From positions 192,001 through 256,000 of the forward strand of contig JAVJQW010000007.1 in NCBI GenBank assembly GCA_040218735.1: a DNA stretch of 64,000 nt, in the 5' to 3' direction. Positions 1 through 9,749 of the stretch are shown here, piece by piece. Under the pieces are notes generated by a model, which searched no databases, was not told the DNA's origin, and saw only the letters and a program-made list of their open reading frames with translations. The DNA is from Deltaproteobacteria bacterium (lineage in GTDB: Bacteria > Myxococcota > Kuafuiibacteriia > Kuafuiibacteriales > Kuafuiibacteriaceae). The translations under genes were made by a program, and so were the position numbers. Within the stretch, counting starts at the first letter, position 1; every line of letters begins with the position of its first letter.

Positions 1-943
1 TGGCGTTGAGCCGGATCCCCGTGAACTTCTCGGTGTAGATGCCCAGACCCGACATCCCGATGCGGGCGTCGCGCACGAAGAACTGACGCGGGCGCGAGCC
101 GAGGTCGTTCGGCGTGATGGTGAGCGCCTGGTCGGCGGAGATGCCCGCCGTGGCGCGGAGCGTCCCGCTCAGGAACTTGGTGATGTCGTACGAGCCGCCG
201 ATGCGCAGCCCGTACCCGTACGACGCGCGGCCGAGCTGCGGGTTCTCGACGAACGCCGACTGTCCGAAGTTCTGGCTGAACGTCGCGTTGATGATCCACG
301 GCTTCGACGGGTCGACCGCCATGCCCGCACCGAGCGCAGCCGCGGCGGCCGCCTTGCTCTTGCTCTTGTCGACTTTGCCCGTGGCGTCGGCGCCCGCGTC
401 CGCGGCCTCTTCCTTCACCTCGGCGAGCTTCTCGGCGGCGGTCTCCTTCTTCGCGTCGTCGGCCTTCTTCTCGCCCGCGTCCTTCTTCTTGGCTTCGACG
501 GCGGCCTTGCCGTCCTCGATCGTCGACTTGGTCTCTTCCGTCGCCTCGGTCGCGACGTCCTTCGCGCCCTCCTCGGCCTTCATGCCCGACGCGGTGGTGT
601 CGGTCGCGGGCTCTTCGGCCTTGGGCTCTTCCGCCGCGGGCTCCTCGGCCTTGGGCTCTTCGGCCACCGGCTCCTCGGCCTTGGGCTCCTCAGCCGCGGG
701 CTCCTCGGCCGCCGGCTCTTCCGCCGCGGGGGCCTCCTCGGTCTTGGCCTCTTCCTTCTCCTCGGCCTTCGCGTCGTCCGTCTTCTCCTCGGACTTCTCT
801 TCCGACGCCTCTTCCTTGGCGTCCTTGCTCGGCTCGGCGCTCTTCTCCGGGGTTGCCGGGTCTTCGGCCTCCTGAGCGAAGGAGAAGCTCGGAGCCGAAA
901 TCGTGAGGGCCAACGCCCAGGCCAGGGTCCAACGACCGTACAT
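1..943 (-). CDS. Secreted protein with a long acidic/Lys-rich N-terminal region followed by a probable OM beta-barrel; 3' end runs off the window
   Basis: Not in the ORF track. Read manually from ATG at 943, with GGAGG 9 nt upstream: signal peptide MYGRWTLAWALALTISAPSFSFA-QEAE, an E/K/A/P-rich tract, then amphipathic strands (WIINATFSQNFG, YGYGLRIGGSYDI). No stop before base 1. Confidence 0.8.
   Translation of the reverse strand, partial: MYGRWTLAWALALTISAPSFSFAQEAEDPATPEKSAEPSKDAKEEASEEKSEEKTDDAKAEEKEEAKTEEAPAAEEPAAEEPAAEEPKAEEPVAEEPKAEEPAAEEPKAEEPATDTTASGMKAEEGAKDVATEATEETKSTIEDGKAAVEAKKKDAGEKKADDAKKETAAEKLAEVKEEAADAGADATGKVDKSKSKAAAAAALGAGMAVDPSKPWIINATFSQNFGQSAFVENPQLGRASYGYGLRIGGSYDITKFLSGTLRATAGISADQALTITPNDLGSRPRQFFVRDARIGMSGLGIYTEKFTGIRLNA
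605..740 (-). repeat. 15-bp tandem repeat encoding (A/K)AEEP units
   Basis: Imperfect units such as gggctcttcggcctt and gggctcctcggccgc on the + strand encode EEPAA/EEPKA/EEPVA on the - strand. Confidence 0.8.
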
Positions 944-1231
944 ACGCAAAAACCTCCCCGGGACGACGTCGGGCGTCCTCCCAGCATCGTCTCCGTTACG
1001 CCCACTTTTCGAAGATGCCAACGATCGTTTTTTGACCGCCGTCACCCAGGATTCCCCGCGATCCGCGCGTTCGCCCCGCCCGAAAACCACCCGTCGCCCC
1101 CCGAACGCGGAAATCCAAAGCCGTTCTGGGGTGTTGTAGGCTGCTCGCGGAGGAGGGCCCGCCGCACGCGACGTTAAGATCCGAACACCTCGCCGCGCCG
1201 GCCTCGGCCTTTTGTCCGACCCCGTACCAAG

Positions 1232-1828
1232 ATGGAAAAACGCAGCCACCACGACCACCCCATCCACGAGCTCCTCGCCCGCCGCTGGAGCCCGGTCGCC
1301 TTCGACCCGCGCCCGCTCCCGCGCACCCAGCTCGCCTCGCTCCTCGAGGCGGCGCGCTGGGCCCCGTCCTGTTTCAACGAGCAGCCTTGGCGCTTCATCG
1401 TCGCCCCGCGCGATGACGCCGACGTCTTCGCGACGGCGCTCGGCTGCCTCGCCGAGGGCAACCAAGCCTGGGCGAAGAACGCGGGCGCGCTGCTCTTCAC
1501 CACCGCGAAGCAGACCTTCACGCGCAACGACAAACCGAACCGCTACGCCGCGCACGACGTGGGCCTCGCCGTCGAGAACCTCGTCATCCAAGCGATGGCG
1601 GACGGCCTGTTCGTTCACCAGATGGGCGGCATCCTTCACGATCGCGTCCGCGAGACGTACGGCGTGCCCGAGGACTTCGACGTCCTCACCGGCGTCGCCG
1701 TCGGTTATCCGGGCGACGTCGACGATCTCCCGGAGGACCTTCAGAAGCGCCAGCGCGGCGAGCGTTCGCGTCACGCGCTCGGTGACATCGCGTTCACCGG
1801 AACGTGGTCCGCCCCGTTTCGACCTTGA
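1232..1828 (+). CDS. Nitroreductase family protein
   Basis: RRWSPVAF, EAARWAPSCFNEQPWRF and HQMGG nitroreductase motifs. Confidence 0.92.
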   Translation: MEKRSHHDHPIHELLARRWSPVAFDPRPLPRTQLASLLEAARWAPSCFNEQPWRFIVAPRDDADVFATALGCLAEGNQAWAKNAGALLFTTAKQTFTRNDKPNRYAAHDVGLAVENLVIQAMADGLFVHQMGGILHDRVRETYGVPEDFDVLTGVAVGYPGDVDDLPEDLQKRQRGERSRHALGDIAFTGTWSAPFRP

Positions 1829-1858
1829 CGCCGGAGCGCTCGCGGCCAAACAGAGGCC

Positions 1859-2572
1859 ATGCCCAACATCGTCGAGCTCGCGCAGGTCAGTAAGACCTAT
1901 CCGCTCGGTAACCTCGAAGTCCGCGCGCTCGACGGCGTCGACCTCGCCATCGAAAAGGGGGAGTTCACGACCATCGCCGGTCCCTCCGGCAGCGGCAAGA
2001 CGACCCTCCTCAACCTCGTCGGCTGCATCGACATCGCGTCCGAGGGCACCGTCCGAATCGACGGACAGTCCACGGCTCAGATGTCCGAGTCGGCGCTGAC
2101 GAACCTCCGCCTCGACAAGCTCGGGTTCATCTTCCAGAGCTTCAACCTCATCTCCGTCCTGAACCTCCACCAGAACGTCGAGTTCCCGCTGCTCTTGCAA
2201 GGCGGGTTGACGAAGGGCGAGCGCGACCAACGCGTCCGCAACATCGTCGAGAAGGTCGGCCTCGCCGACTACCTGCACCACCGCCCCAACGAGCTGTCCG
2301 GCGGGCAACGCCAGCGCGTCGCCATCGCCCGCGCGCTCGTCACCGAGCCCGCGATCGTCCTCGCCGACGAACCAACCGCGAACCTCGACTCCGGCACTGG
2401 CAAGGCGATCATCGACCTGATGAAGGACCTCAATCGCGTCGAGCAGACGACCTTCATCTTCTCCACGCACGACCCCTCCGTCATGGCGCAGGCCACCCGC
2501 ATCGTGCGGCTCGTCGACGGGCGGATCGCCGACGACGGCCTCGGCGAGACCCGGCCCGAGGCGCACGCGTGA
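1859..2572 (+). CDS. ABC transporter ATP-binding protein (LolD/MacB-like)
   Basis: Walker A GPSGSGKT, signature LSGGQRQR, Walker B LADEPTANLD, STHD. Confidence 0.95.
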   Translation: MPNIVELAQVSKTYPLGNLEVRALDGVDLAIEKGEFTTIAGPSGSGKTTLLNLVGCIDIASEGTVRIDGQSTAQMSESALTNLRLDKLGFIFQSFNLISVLNLHQNVEFPLLLQGGLTKGERDQRVRNIVEKVGLADYLHHRPNELSGGQRQRVAIARALVTEPAIVLADEPTANLDSGTGKAIIDLMKDLNRVEQTTFIFSTHDPSVMAQATRIVRLVDGRIADDGLGETRPEAHA

Positions 2573-4656
2573 TCTCGCGGCTCCGCATCCTGGTGCTCGT
2601 CGCCTTCCGCAACCTCTTCGCCCACTGGGTGCGGACGATCTTCGTCGGCTCGATCATCGTCTTCGGCGCGACGCTGCTCGTCGTCGGCTCGGCGTTCATG
2701 GCGTCGATCGACAAGGGCATGTCGGCCGGCGTGATCGGCAGCCTCGGTGGCCACCTCCAGGTCTACTCGTCCCAGGGCAAGGACGAGTTCTCGCTGTTCG
2801 GCGGGTCGATGATGGGCGCCCCGGACATCGGCCGCATCGACGACTTCTCCAAGCTGCGTAAGGTCGCCGAGGGGGTGGACGGCGTGAAGGCGATCCTCCC
2901 CATGGGGATCGACATGGCGACCGCGACCAGCCCCGGCGAGCTGGAGCGCGCGCTCGGAGAGCTGCGCACCGCGGTCCGCGACGAAGACGCCGTCGCCATC
3001 CCTGCGCTGCGGACGCGCATCCGCGACATCCTCGCGCAGCTCGAGGACGAGCTGACCAAGAACGCGCAGATCGTCGCCGACAAGGAGCGCATCGAAGAGG
3101 GGCTCGGGGTCGTGCGCGAGGCGCGGACGGAGGCGTTCTGGTCGCGCTTCGACACGTCGCCGCTGTCGGCGCTCGAGTTCCTCGATACCCGGGTCGCGCC
3201 GTTCACCGAGGAAGGGCGGATGATGTACTTCCGCTACGTCGGCACCGATCTGGAGGCGTACCCGAAGTACTTCGACCGCTTCGAGGTCGTCGAGGGCGAG
3301 GTCGTTCCGCCCGGGCACCGCGGGTTCATGTTCAACCACCGCTTCCGCGAGGAGCGCGTGAAGCACTTCGTCGCGCGCAACTTCGACAAGCTCCGGCAGG
3401 CGGTCGTCGACAAGGGCGAGTCGATCGCGAAGGACCCGGCGCTGTCGTCGCGCGTTCGGAAGATGTCGAAGCAGTACCGCCGCATCACCTACCAGCTGAC
3501 GGCGGCGGAGGCGGAGACGCTGAAGGCGGAGTTGACGAAGTTCCTCGGTGAAGAAGGGAGCCTCGACCAGCTCCTCGAGTCGTTCCTCACCATCACGGAC
3601 GACAACCTGCTCGATCGGTTCGACTTCTTCTACGCGACGGTCGCGCCGAAGATCGATCTGTACGACTTCGACGTCGGCGACACGATCACGCTGCGCGGTT
3701 TCACGCGGAGCGGCTTCCTCAAGTCGGTCAATGTGAAGATCTACGGGGTGTTCCAGTTCAAGGGGCTCGAGAGCTCGGACGTCGCGGGCGGGCACAACGT
3801 CGTCGACCTGCTCACGTTCCGCGAGTTGTACGGGCTGATGACCGCCGAGAAGAAGAAGGAGCTCGCGGGCATTCGCGAGGAGGTCGGGCTCGAGGACGTG
3901 AGCGCTGCCGACGCGGAGGCGGAGCTGTTCGGGGAGGACACCGCGATCGTCGAGGCGGTCGACGCCACGGACGGGTTCGACGAGTTCGCCGGCGTCGACC
4001 TGCAGTCGGAGCGCGACCGGATGGCGTCGATCGAGAACGCCGTGTTCGACAAGACGCAGCAGGACCGCGGCCTCGCGCTCAACTCGGCGATCATCCTGGA
4101 GGACCCGGAGGCGATCGCGCCGATGCAAGCCAAGTTGACGAAGGCGATCGACGAGGCCGGGTTGGAGCTCCGCGTCGTCGACTGGCGGACCGCAGCGGGG
4201 ATCGTCGGACAGTTCATCGGCGGCCTGTGGGCGTTGCTGCTCGTCGCCACGATCATCACGTTCCTCGTGGCGCTGATCGTCATCATCACGTCGCTCGTCA
4301 TCGCGACGATGGAGCGCACCACCGAGATCGGAACGATGCGCGCCATCGGTGCGCAGCGGTCCACGGTGCTGTTGATGTTCGTGCTGGAGGCGATGCTGCT
4401 CGGCATCCTCGCCGGGCTCGTCGGCATGGCGATCGGCAGCGGCATCATCTTCTACCTGGGCTCGGTCGGTGTCCCCGCGCCGAAGCCGGAGATGACCTTC
4501 CTGTTCGGCGGGCCGCGTCTGTACCCGCAGCTCAGCGGGGTCGGGATGGTGTTCTCGTTCTTCGTGGTGTTCGTGGTGAGTTTGCTGTCGACGATCGTCC
4601 CCGCGATCCTCGTGACGCGAATCCAACCCATCATGGCCATGCGGGCGAAGGAGTGA
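2569..4656 (+). CDS. ABC transporter permease (FtsX/LolC-E type) with a very large periplasmic domain
   Basis: N-terminal AFRNL plus TM, about 500-aa soluble domain, ERTTEIGTMRAIG, three C-terminal TMs; GTGA overlap with the ATPase gene. Confidence 0.9.
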   Translation: MISRLRILVLVAFRNLFAHWVRTIFVGSIIVFGATLLVVGSAFMASIDKGMSAGVIGSLGGHLQVYSSQGKDEFSLFGGSMMGAPDIGRIDDFSKLRKVAEGVDGVKAILPMGIDMATATSPGELERALGELRTAVRDEDAVAIPALRTRIRDILAQLEDELTKNAQIVADKERIEEGLGVVREARTEAFWSRFDTSPLSALEFLDTRVAPFTEEGRMMYFRYVGTDLEAYPKYFDRFEVVEGEVVPPGHRGFMFNHRFREERVKHFVARNFDKLRQAVVDKGESIAKDPALSSRVRKMSKQYRRITYQLTAAEAETLKAELTKFLGEEGSLDQLLESFLTITDDNLLDRFDFFYATVAPKIDLYDFDVGDTITLRGFTRSGFLKSVNVKIYGVFQFKGLESSDVAGGHNVVDLLTFRELYGLMTAEKKKELAGIREEVGLEDVSAADAEAELFGEDTAIVEAVDATDGFDEFAGVDLQSERDRMASIENAVFDKTQQDRGLALNSAIILEDPEAIAPMQAKLTKAIDEAGLELRVVDWRTAAGIVGQFIGGLWALLLVATIITFLVALIVIITSLVIATMERTTEIGTMRAIGAQRSTVLLMFVLEAMLLGILAGLVGMAIGSGIIFYLGSVGVPAPKPEMTFLFGGPRLYPQLSGVGMVFSFFVVFVVSLLSTIVPAILVTRIQPIMAMRAKE

Positions 4657-4660
4657 CGCG

Positions 4661-6004
4661 ATGGGGATGTTGATTCAGATCGCGGCTCGCAACCTCGTGA
4701 AGGCTCGCCTGCGGACGTTGTTCCTCGGCTCGGCGCTCACGCTCGTCACGGCGCTCCTCATCCTCCTGCTCGCGCTGTCGCAGGGTGTGACGGACACGAT
4801 GATTCGCTCCGCGACCACGCTCGCGTCCGGGCACGTGAACGTCGCGGGGTGGTTCAAGGCGAAGGTCGGCGACTCCGCTCCGCTCGTCACGCAGCGCGAG
4901 AAGATCCGGAAGATCGTCGAGGAGAACACCCCCGGGCTCGACTTCGTCGTCGACCGCGGCCGCGGTTGGGGGCGCGTCATCAGCGACACCTCGTCGCTGA
5001 ACGCCGGGCTCACGGGCATCGACATCGACACGGAGGCGCGCCTCACCGAGACGCTGCAGCTCGCGGAGGAGAGTGAGTACGTCGAAGGCGGTAGCGCCGA
5101 GCTCCACGGCAAGCTGGAAGACATGGCGCGCCCGGACGGGATGCTGCTGTTCGCCGCGCAGGCGAAGCGGCTCGAGGTTCGGGTGGGCGACGTCGTGACG
5201 GTGACCGTCGAGCTCATGTCGGGCGCGCGGAACACCGCCGAGTTCACGGTGGTCGCGATCGCGAAGGACCTCGGGATGATGAGCAACTGGTCGGTCTTCG
5301 TGAACAGCGCCGGCATCCGCAAGCTCTACGCGCTGAGCGACGACGTCACCGGTGCGTTGGAGATCCACCTGGAGGACCACACGAAGGCGACCGAGGTGAT
5401 GAAGCACCTCACGGGGGTGTTCGAGGAGAACGGCTACGAGGTCATGGACCACGACCCGCAGGCGTTCTTCATGAAGTTCGAGACGGTGCAGGGCGAGGAC
5501 TGGACCGGGCAGAAGCTCGACCTGACGATCTGGCGCGACGAGGTCTCGTACATGTCGTGGCTGTTGCTGCTGATCGACGCGGGCGCGTTCCTGTTGATGG
5601 TGATCCTCAGTTTGATCATCGCGGTGGGGATCACGAACTCGATGATGATGAGCGTGCGCGAGCGGACCTCGGAGATCGGGACGCTGCGTGCGATCGGGAT
5701 GTCGCGCTCGCGGGTGCTCCTGATGTTCCTCACGGAGTCGCTGCTCCTCGGGTTGGGCTCCACGCTGCTCGGCGGACTGCTCGGGATGGGGCTGGCGTAC
5801 GGGCTGAACGCGGCGGCAATCCCGGTGACGTCGACCGCCGTGCGGCTGATCTTGATGTCCGATACGCTGCACCTGGTGGTGACTCCGGGGCAGCTGGTTC
5901 TCGCGACGCTCGCGTTCTCGATCGTCGCGTCGCTCGCGGCGTTCCTGCCGGCCTTCCGCGCTTCGCGATTGCAGCCGGTGAAGGCGATTCAGCACGCGAG
6001 CTGA
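4661..6004 (+). CDS. ABC transporter permease (FtsX/LolC-E type)
   Basis: IAARNL plus TM, ERTSEIGTLRAIG, C-terminal PAFRASRLQPVKAI. Confidence 0.92.
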   Translation: MGMLIQIAARNLVKARLRTLFLGSALTLVTALLILLLALSQGVTDTMIRSATTLASGHVNVAGWFKAKVGDSAPLVTQREKIRKIVEENTPGLDFVVDRGRGWGRVISDTSSLNAGLTGIDIDTEARLTETLQLAEESEYVEGGSAELHGKLEDMARPDGMLLFAAQAKRLEVRVGDVVTVTVELMSGARNTAEFTVVAIAKDLGMMSNWSVFVNSAGIRKLYALSDDVTGALEIHLEDHTKATEVMKHLTGVFEENGYEVMDHDPQAFFMKFETVQGEDWTGQKLDLTIWRDEVSYMSWLLLLIDAGAFLLMVILSLIIAVGITNSMMMSVRERTSEIGTLRAIGMSRSRVLLMFLTESLLLGLGSTLLGGLLGMGLAYGLNAAAIPVTSTAVRLILMSDTLHLVVTPGQLVLATLAFSIVASLAAFLPAFRASRLQPVKAIQHAS

Positions 6005-6013
6005 GAGAGAGAG

Positions 6014-6799
6014 GTGAGTACGATGAGTTCGAAGATCTTCGGCGCCGCGGTGGCGCTGGCGCTCCTCACGCCGGACGCGGCGTGGGCGCTCGACCAAAAG
6101 AAGGTCGACGCGATCGTGAAGGAGCTGGACGACCGTCAGCGCAACTCCGGCGACTACAAGGCGCTCTGTTACATCGAACAGAAGGAGCGCGGTAAGAACG
6201 ACCTCGTCTATCAGGGCGTGTTCTACCGGCGGGACGAGGACGACAAACTCATGATCCTCTTCCTCAAACCCAAGTCGGAGGCGGGGAAGGGGTACCTGCG
6301 CCTCGACAAGAACATGTTCATGTACGACCCCACCGTCGGGAAGTGGGAGCGCCGCACCGAGCGTGAGCGCATCATGGGTACGGACTCACGTCGCCAGGAC
6401 TTCGACGAGTCGCGCCTCGCGGAGGAGTTCGACGCGAAGTTCGTGAAGGACGACAAGCTCGGTAAGTTCGCCGTGCACCACCTGGAGCTGAAGGCCAAGA
6501 AGGGCGTCGACGTCGCCTACCCCGTGCTCCACATGTGGATCGACGCCGCGACGGGCAACATGCTCAAGCGACAGGACTTCGCGCTGTCCGGGCGGCTCAT
6601 GCGCACGACCTACTACCCCAAGTGGAAGAAGGTCTTCTCCGAGTCGAAGGGCTCCGAGGTCTACTACCCCGAGCAGATCCGAATCTTCGACGAGGTGGAG
6701 AAGGGCAACAAGACGACCGTGGTGATCACGAGCGTCGACCTGAAGTCACTCGACGCAAACATCTTCACGAAGGCCTGGCTCGAGAGTAAGAGCCGATGA
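6014..6799 (+). CDS. LolA-like outer membrane lipoprotein-sorting protein
   Basis: Signal peptide (AWA), FLKPKSEAGKGYL, RIMGTD, terminal NIFTKAWLE. Start could be ATG at 6023. Confidence 0.8.
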   Translation: MSTMSSKIFGAAVALALLTPDAAWALDQKKVDAIVKELDDRQRNSGDYKALCYIEQKERGKNDLVYQGVFYRRDEDDKLMILFLKPKSEAGKGYLRLDKNMFMYDPTVGKWERRTERERIMGTDSRRQDFDESRLAEEFDAKFVKDDKLGKFAVHHLELKAKKGVDVAYPVLHMWIDAATGNMLKRQDFALSGRLMRTTYYPKWKKVFSESKGSEVYYPEQIRIFDEVEKGNKTTVVITSVDLKSLDANIFTKAWLESKSR

Positions 6800-8325
6800 A
6801 CCCACGCGCGCTCGCGCTCGCGGTCGGCGCGCTGTGCTGCGCCGGCGCGCCGCGCAACGCGAGCGCCTCCGAGGTCCAGACCTCCTCCACCGCGACGGTG
6901 TCGCCGCAGCTCTCGGACGATCGCGACGCGGACATTTTCGGCACCGACGATCGCGACGACGCGATCTTCGGCGCTCCGTCCGAGGATCGCGACGCCGCGA
7001 TGTTCGGCGCCGAGACCGCGACCGCCTCCCGAGACGCGCGGGTGCTCTCCGGCGGTGAGGGGCTCCTCGACCGCCTCGCGAGCGCCGCCGAAGCGGCGGA
7101 CGACTACCTCGACATCGGCGGGACGCTCTGGCTGTGGGGCCAGTGGGATGCGTCGCGCTCCGGCGAGCCGGAGGCCTTCCCGCTGCGTTCGCCGAGTTTC
7201 TTCGAGGTGTACCTCGACGCGCGCCCGTCGAACCGCGTGCGTGGTTTCGTGAAGGTCCGCACGAACTACGACTTCACGGTCGCCCCGGGGGACACCGACT
7301 TCACGGGGCAGCCCGTCGACAGCACGCGGTTCGCGCTCGACCAGGCGTGGCTGAAGTTCGACATCGCGCGGCGTGTCTTCGTGACGTTCGGCAAGGAGCG
7401 CCAGCGCTGGGGGAGCGGCCGGCTGTGGAACCCGACGGACTTCCTCAACCCCGGCCTGATCGATCCTTTTGCGTTCTTCGATCTCCGCCTCGGCGTGCCG
7501 ATCCTGAAGCTGCACTACCCGGTCGAGTCGCTCGGTTGGAACTTCTACGCGATCGCGCAGCTCGACGGCGCGAACCGAATCGACGAGGTCGGCGGCGCCT
7601 TCCGCGCGGAGTTCGTCTTCGCGAAGACCGAGATCGCCGCGTCCGCGGCGGTGCGCAAGGATCAGCCGCTCCGCCTCGGACTCGACGTCACCAGCGGAGT
7701 GTGGTGGTTCGACCTGCGCGCCGAGCTTGCGCTCCGCTACAACGAGAAGCGCTCGTTCTACCGGGGGCGGCTCGCGGTCGACGTCGACGAGAACGGGGAC
7801 GAGATCCTCACGCTCCCTACGGCGTTCGACCGGTCGAACGACTGGCTGCCGCAGGCGGTCCTCGGCGCCGAGATCCAGCTGCCGTACTCGGACCGTGACA
7901 ACGTCACGCTCGTGCTCGAGTACTTCTACAACAGCGTCAGCTTCGAGGATGAGTCGCTGTACCTCGTTCCGCTCGCCGCGGGGTTCGGAGCGTTCGGCGT
8001 CGGCGGCACGAGCGCGGTCCCGTTCAACCCGCTGTTTCTCGGTGAACACTACATCGCGCTGTCGGCGGTGTTGTTCGGCCCCGGCGACTGGGACGACACG
8101 ACGTTTGTCTTCGCCGGCGTGACCAACCTCTCCGACCAGTCGACGACGCTGAACCTGAACTACAGCGTGCAGCTGCTCTCCTATCTGCAGCTCAACGCGT
8201 TCCTGCGGATGTTCGTCGGGCCAGCGGGCGGCGCCTTCACGTTCGAGGTCGATCCCGCGTTCTTCGGCGTGGGTTTGCCGCCCGGGCTCCTCAGTACCGG
8301 CGTGTCGCTCCGCCTCGACCTGTGA
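6796..8325 (+). CDS. Putative OM beta-barrel protein
   Basis: Signal peptide, acidic DxDxxxFG repeats, GKERQRWGSGRLWNPTDFLNP, amphipathic strands, terminal VSLRLDL; ATGA overlap. Confidence 0.75.
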   Translation: MNPRALALAVGALCCAGAPRNASASEVQTSSTATVSPQLSDDRDADIFGTDDRDDAIFGAPSEDRDAAMFGAETATASRDARVLSGGEGLLDRLASAAEAADDYLDIGGTLWLWGQWDASRSGEPEAFPLRSPSFFEVYLDARPSNRVRGFVKVRTNYDFTVAPGDTDFTGQPVDSTRFALDQAWLKFDIARRVFVTFGKERQRWGSGRLWNPTDFLNPGLIDPFAFFDLRLGVPILKLHYPVESLGWNFYAIAQLDGANRIDEVGGAFRAEFVFAKTEIAASAAVRKDQPLRLGLDVTSGVWWFDLRAELALRYNEKRSFYRGRLAVDVDENGDEILTLPTAFDRSNDWLPQAVLGAEIQLPYSDRDNVTLVLEYFYNSVSFEDESLYLVPLAAGFGAFGVGGTSAVPFNPLFLGEHYIALSAVLFGPGDWDDTTFVFAGVTNLSDQSTTLNLNYSVQLLSYLQLNAFLRMFVGPAGGAFTFEVDPAFFGVGLPPGLLSTGVSLRLDL

Positions 8326-8995
8326 AGCCGAAGGCGTCGCTGCGCCCGGCGTCCCGCACCGAGACGCCGTGGAGCGCGGCGGAGAGCGTCGCGTCGTCCA
8401 CGGTGAACGTTCGGCGTGTCACCGAGTCCTGAACGGTAAAGCCGTCCGCGGTCGCCGCGGTCAGCAGGTAGGCGTGGTCCGGAACGAAGGGAGCGCTCAC
8501 GTTCGATCGTGTCCCGAACACCGGGAGCGCGGGGGCGTTCGGATCGGCGAGCTCGGCGCGCGCGCGGTCGAGCGCGCGGGGGCCCTGAAACATCTTGAAC
8601 TTCTGCCCGAGGAGCAGCGCGAGGACGTCGCTCGGCTGGCCGCCGTTGAGGCGCGGGATCAGCGAGAAGACGCCGGCCTCCACGAACCGATACCAGCCTT
8701 CGTCGCGGAGCTGCTCGGGCCGCCAAGACGTCGCGTGCAGGTGCGGCAGATACGCGAGGTCGGGGGTCGCCCAGACGTCGTCCGCGTCGGGGTAGCCGAG
8801 GCGGAAGTAGCGCAGGCCGAGGTGGCCGTCGGGGAGCTCGCGGATGGCTTCGCGCAGCGCGTGGGGGGACTTGGTCGCGATGGCGTCCACGGCGCCGGCG
8901 ATCCAGCAGCTGTCGGGGATGGTGGCCGGGACCTCGCCGAGCGGCGCGACGGTCAGGTGCCGAACCGGCGGCGCGTCGGCGAGGGCGAAGGGCAC
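8291..8995 (-). CDS. Hypothetical protein; divergent calpain-like (peptidase C2) cysteine protease
   Basis: DSCWIAGA, WYRFVEAG...GGQPSDVLALLLG, DHAYLL and VQDS fall in calpain motif order. Confidence 0.6.
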   Translation of the reverse strand: MPFALADAPPVRHLTVAPLGEVPATIPDSCWIAGAVDAIATKSPHALREAIRELPDGHLGLRYFRLGYPDADDVWATPDLAYLPHLHATSWRPEQLRDEGWYRFVEAGVFSLIPRLNGGQPSDVLALLLGQKFKMFQGPRALDRARAELADPNAPALPVFGTRSNVSAPFVPDHAYLLTAATADGFTVQDSVTRRTFTVDDATLSAALHGVSVRDAGRSDAFGFTGRGGATRRY

Positions 8996-9034
8996 GACGG
9001 GTTATCGCCCGCCGAGGCGGATTCGTTGCGAGGA

Positions 9035-9574
9035 TCAACCGCCGCCGAGGGGCTCGTGGACGAAGGAGAGGACGATCGTGCGCTGGTCCTTCGTGGCGAT
9101 CACGTTCGCGTAGTAGCCGTCGACTTCGCAGTGGGTGATCGGCACGAAGGTCGTGTCGACCGTAGTGCTGCTGTTGTTGAACACCATGACTTCGACCTTG
9201 GACGCGGATTGCACCGCGGCGGCGTAGCGGTTGGGTTTGTAGAAGCTCTTCGTCATCCGGATGTCGACCTCGTCGGCCTGGAGGTAGCCCATCTCGTCGA
9301 CGCCGTAGCTCGCCGTCATCATGAAGCCGTTGCGGATGTTGTTGGCCATCGTCTGCGCCTGCGCGCCGCCCGAGGGGGCGTTGTAGCTGATCGACGCGCG
9401 GGTGAAGAAGCCGTTGGGCGGGTCCTGGACGAAGTCGAAGACGTCGTTGCAGAGCGGCTCGAGGAAGACGAGGTTCGATGACTTCGTGGACAGCTCGGCC
9501 TCGTAGTCGGGGCCGCCGCAGGCGGCGAGCGTGAGGGCGAAGAGGGCGGTGGTGGTCGCGTGGGTCTTGTTCAT
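9035..9574 (-). CDS. Hypothetical lipoprotein (179 aa)
   Basis: Start reassigned to ATG 9574: MNKTHATTTALFALTLAAC with lipobox LAAC. Confidence 0.78.
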   Translation of the reverse strand: MNKTHATTTALFALTLAACGGPDYEAELSTKSSNLVFLEPLCNDVFDFVQDPPNGFFTRASISYNAPSGGAQAQTMANNIRNGFMMTASYGVDEMGYLQADEVDIRMTKSFYKPNRYAAAVQSASKVEVMVFNNSSTTVDTTFVPITHCEVDGYYANVIATKDQRTIVLSFVHEPLGGG

Positions 9575-9588
9575 GCCCGGACACCAAT

Positions 9589-9603
9589 CCAACTCGTGTG
9601 CCA
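9589..9603 (-). promoter_or_regulatory. Possible sigma54 (-24/-12) promoter
   Basis: TGGCAC-ACGAG-TTGG versus consensus TGGCAC-N5-TTGC (one mismatch at -12), 14 nt upstream of the lipoprotein ATG. Confidence 0.35.
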
Positions 9604-9749
9604 ACCGGCGCGGCCCCGATCGGCCCCGAATCGCGCGCTGAACACCCGAATCGAGCGCTCCGAGCGGCAGGGCCTGCCGGCAAGGTCTGCCGTCCGACGG
9701 TCGCCCGTCACCTTGTGGTCGGACCCGACCGGGTGCTAATCCCCGGGCG

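Noticed and set aside
114-875. Ser/Ala-rich + strand ORF (253 aa)
   Set aside because: Antisense shadow of the real - strand gene, which has an SD and a signal peptide.
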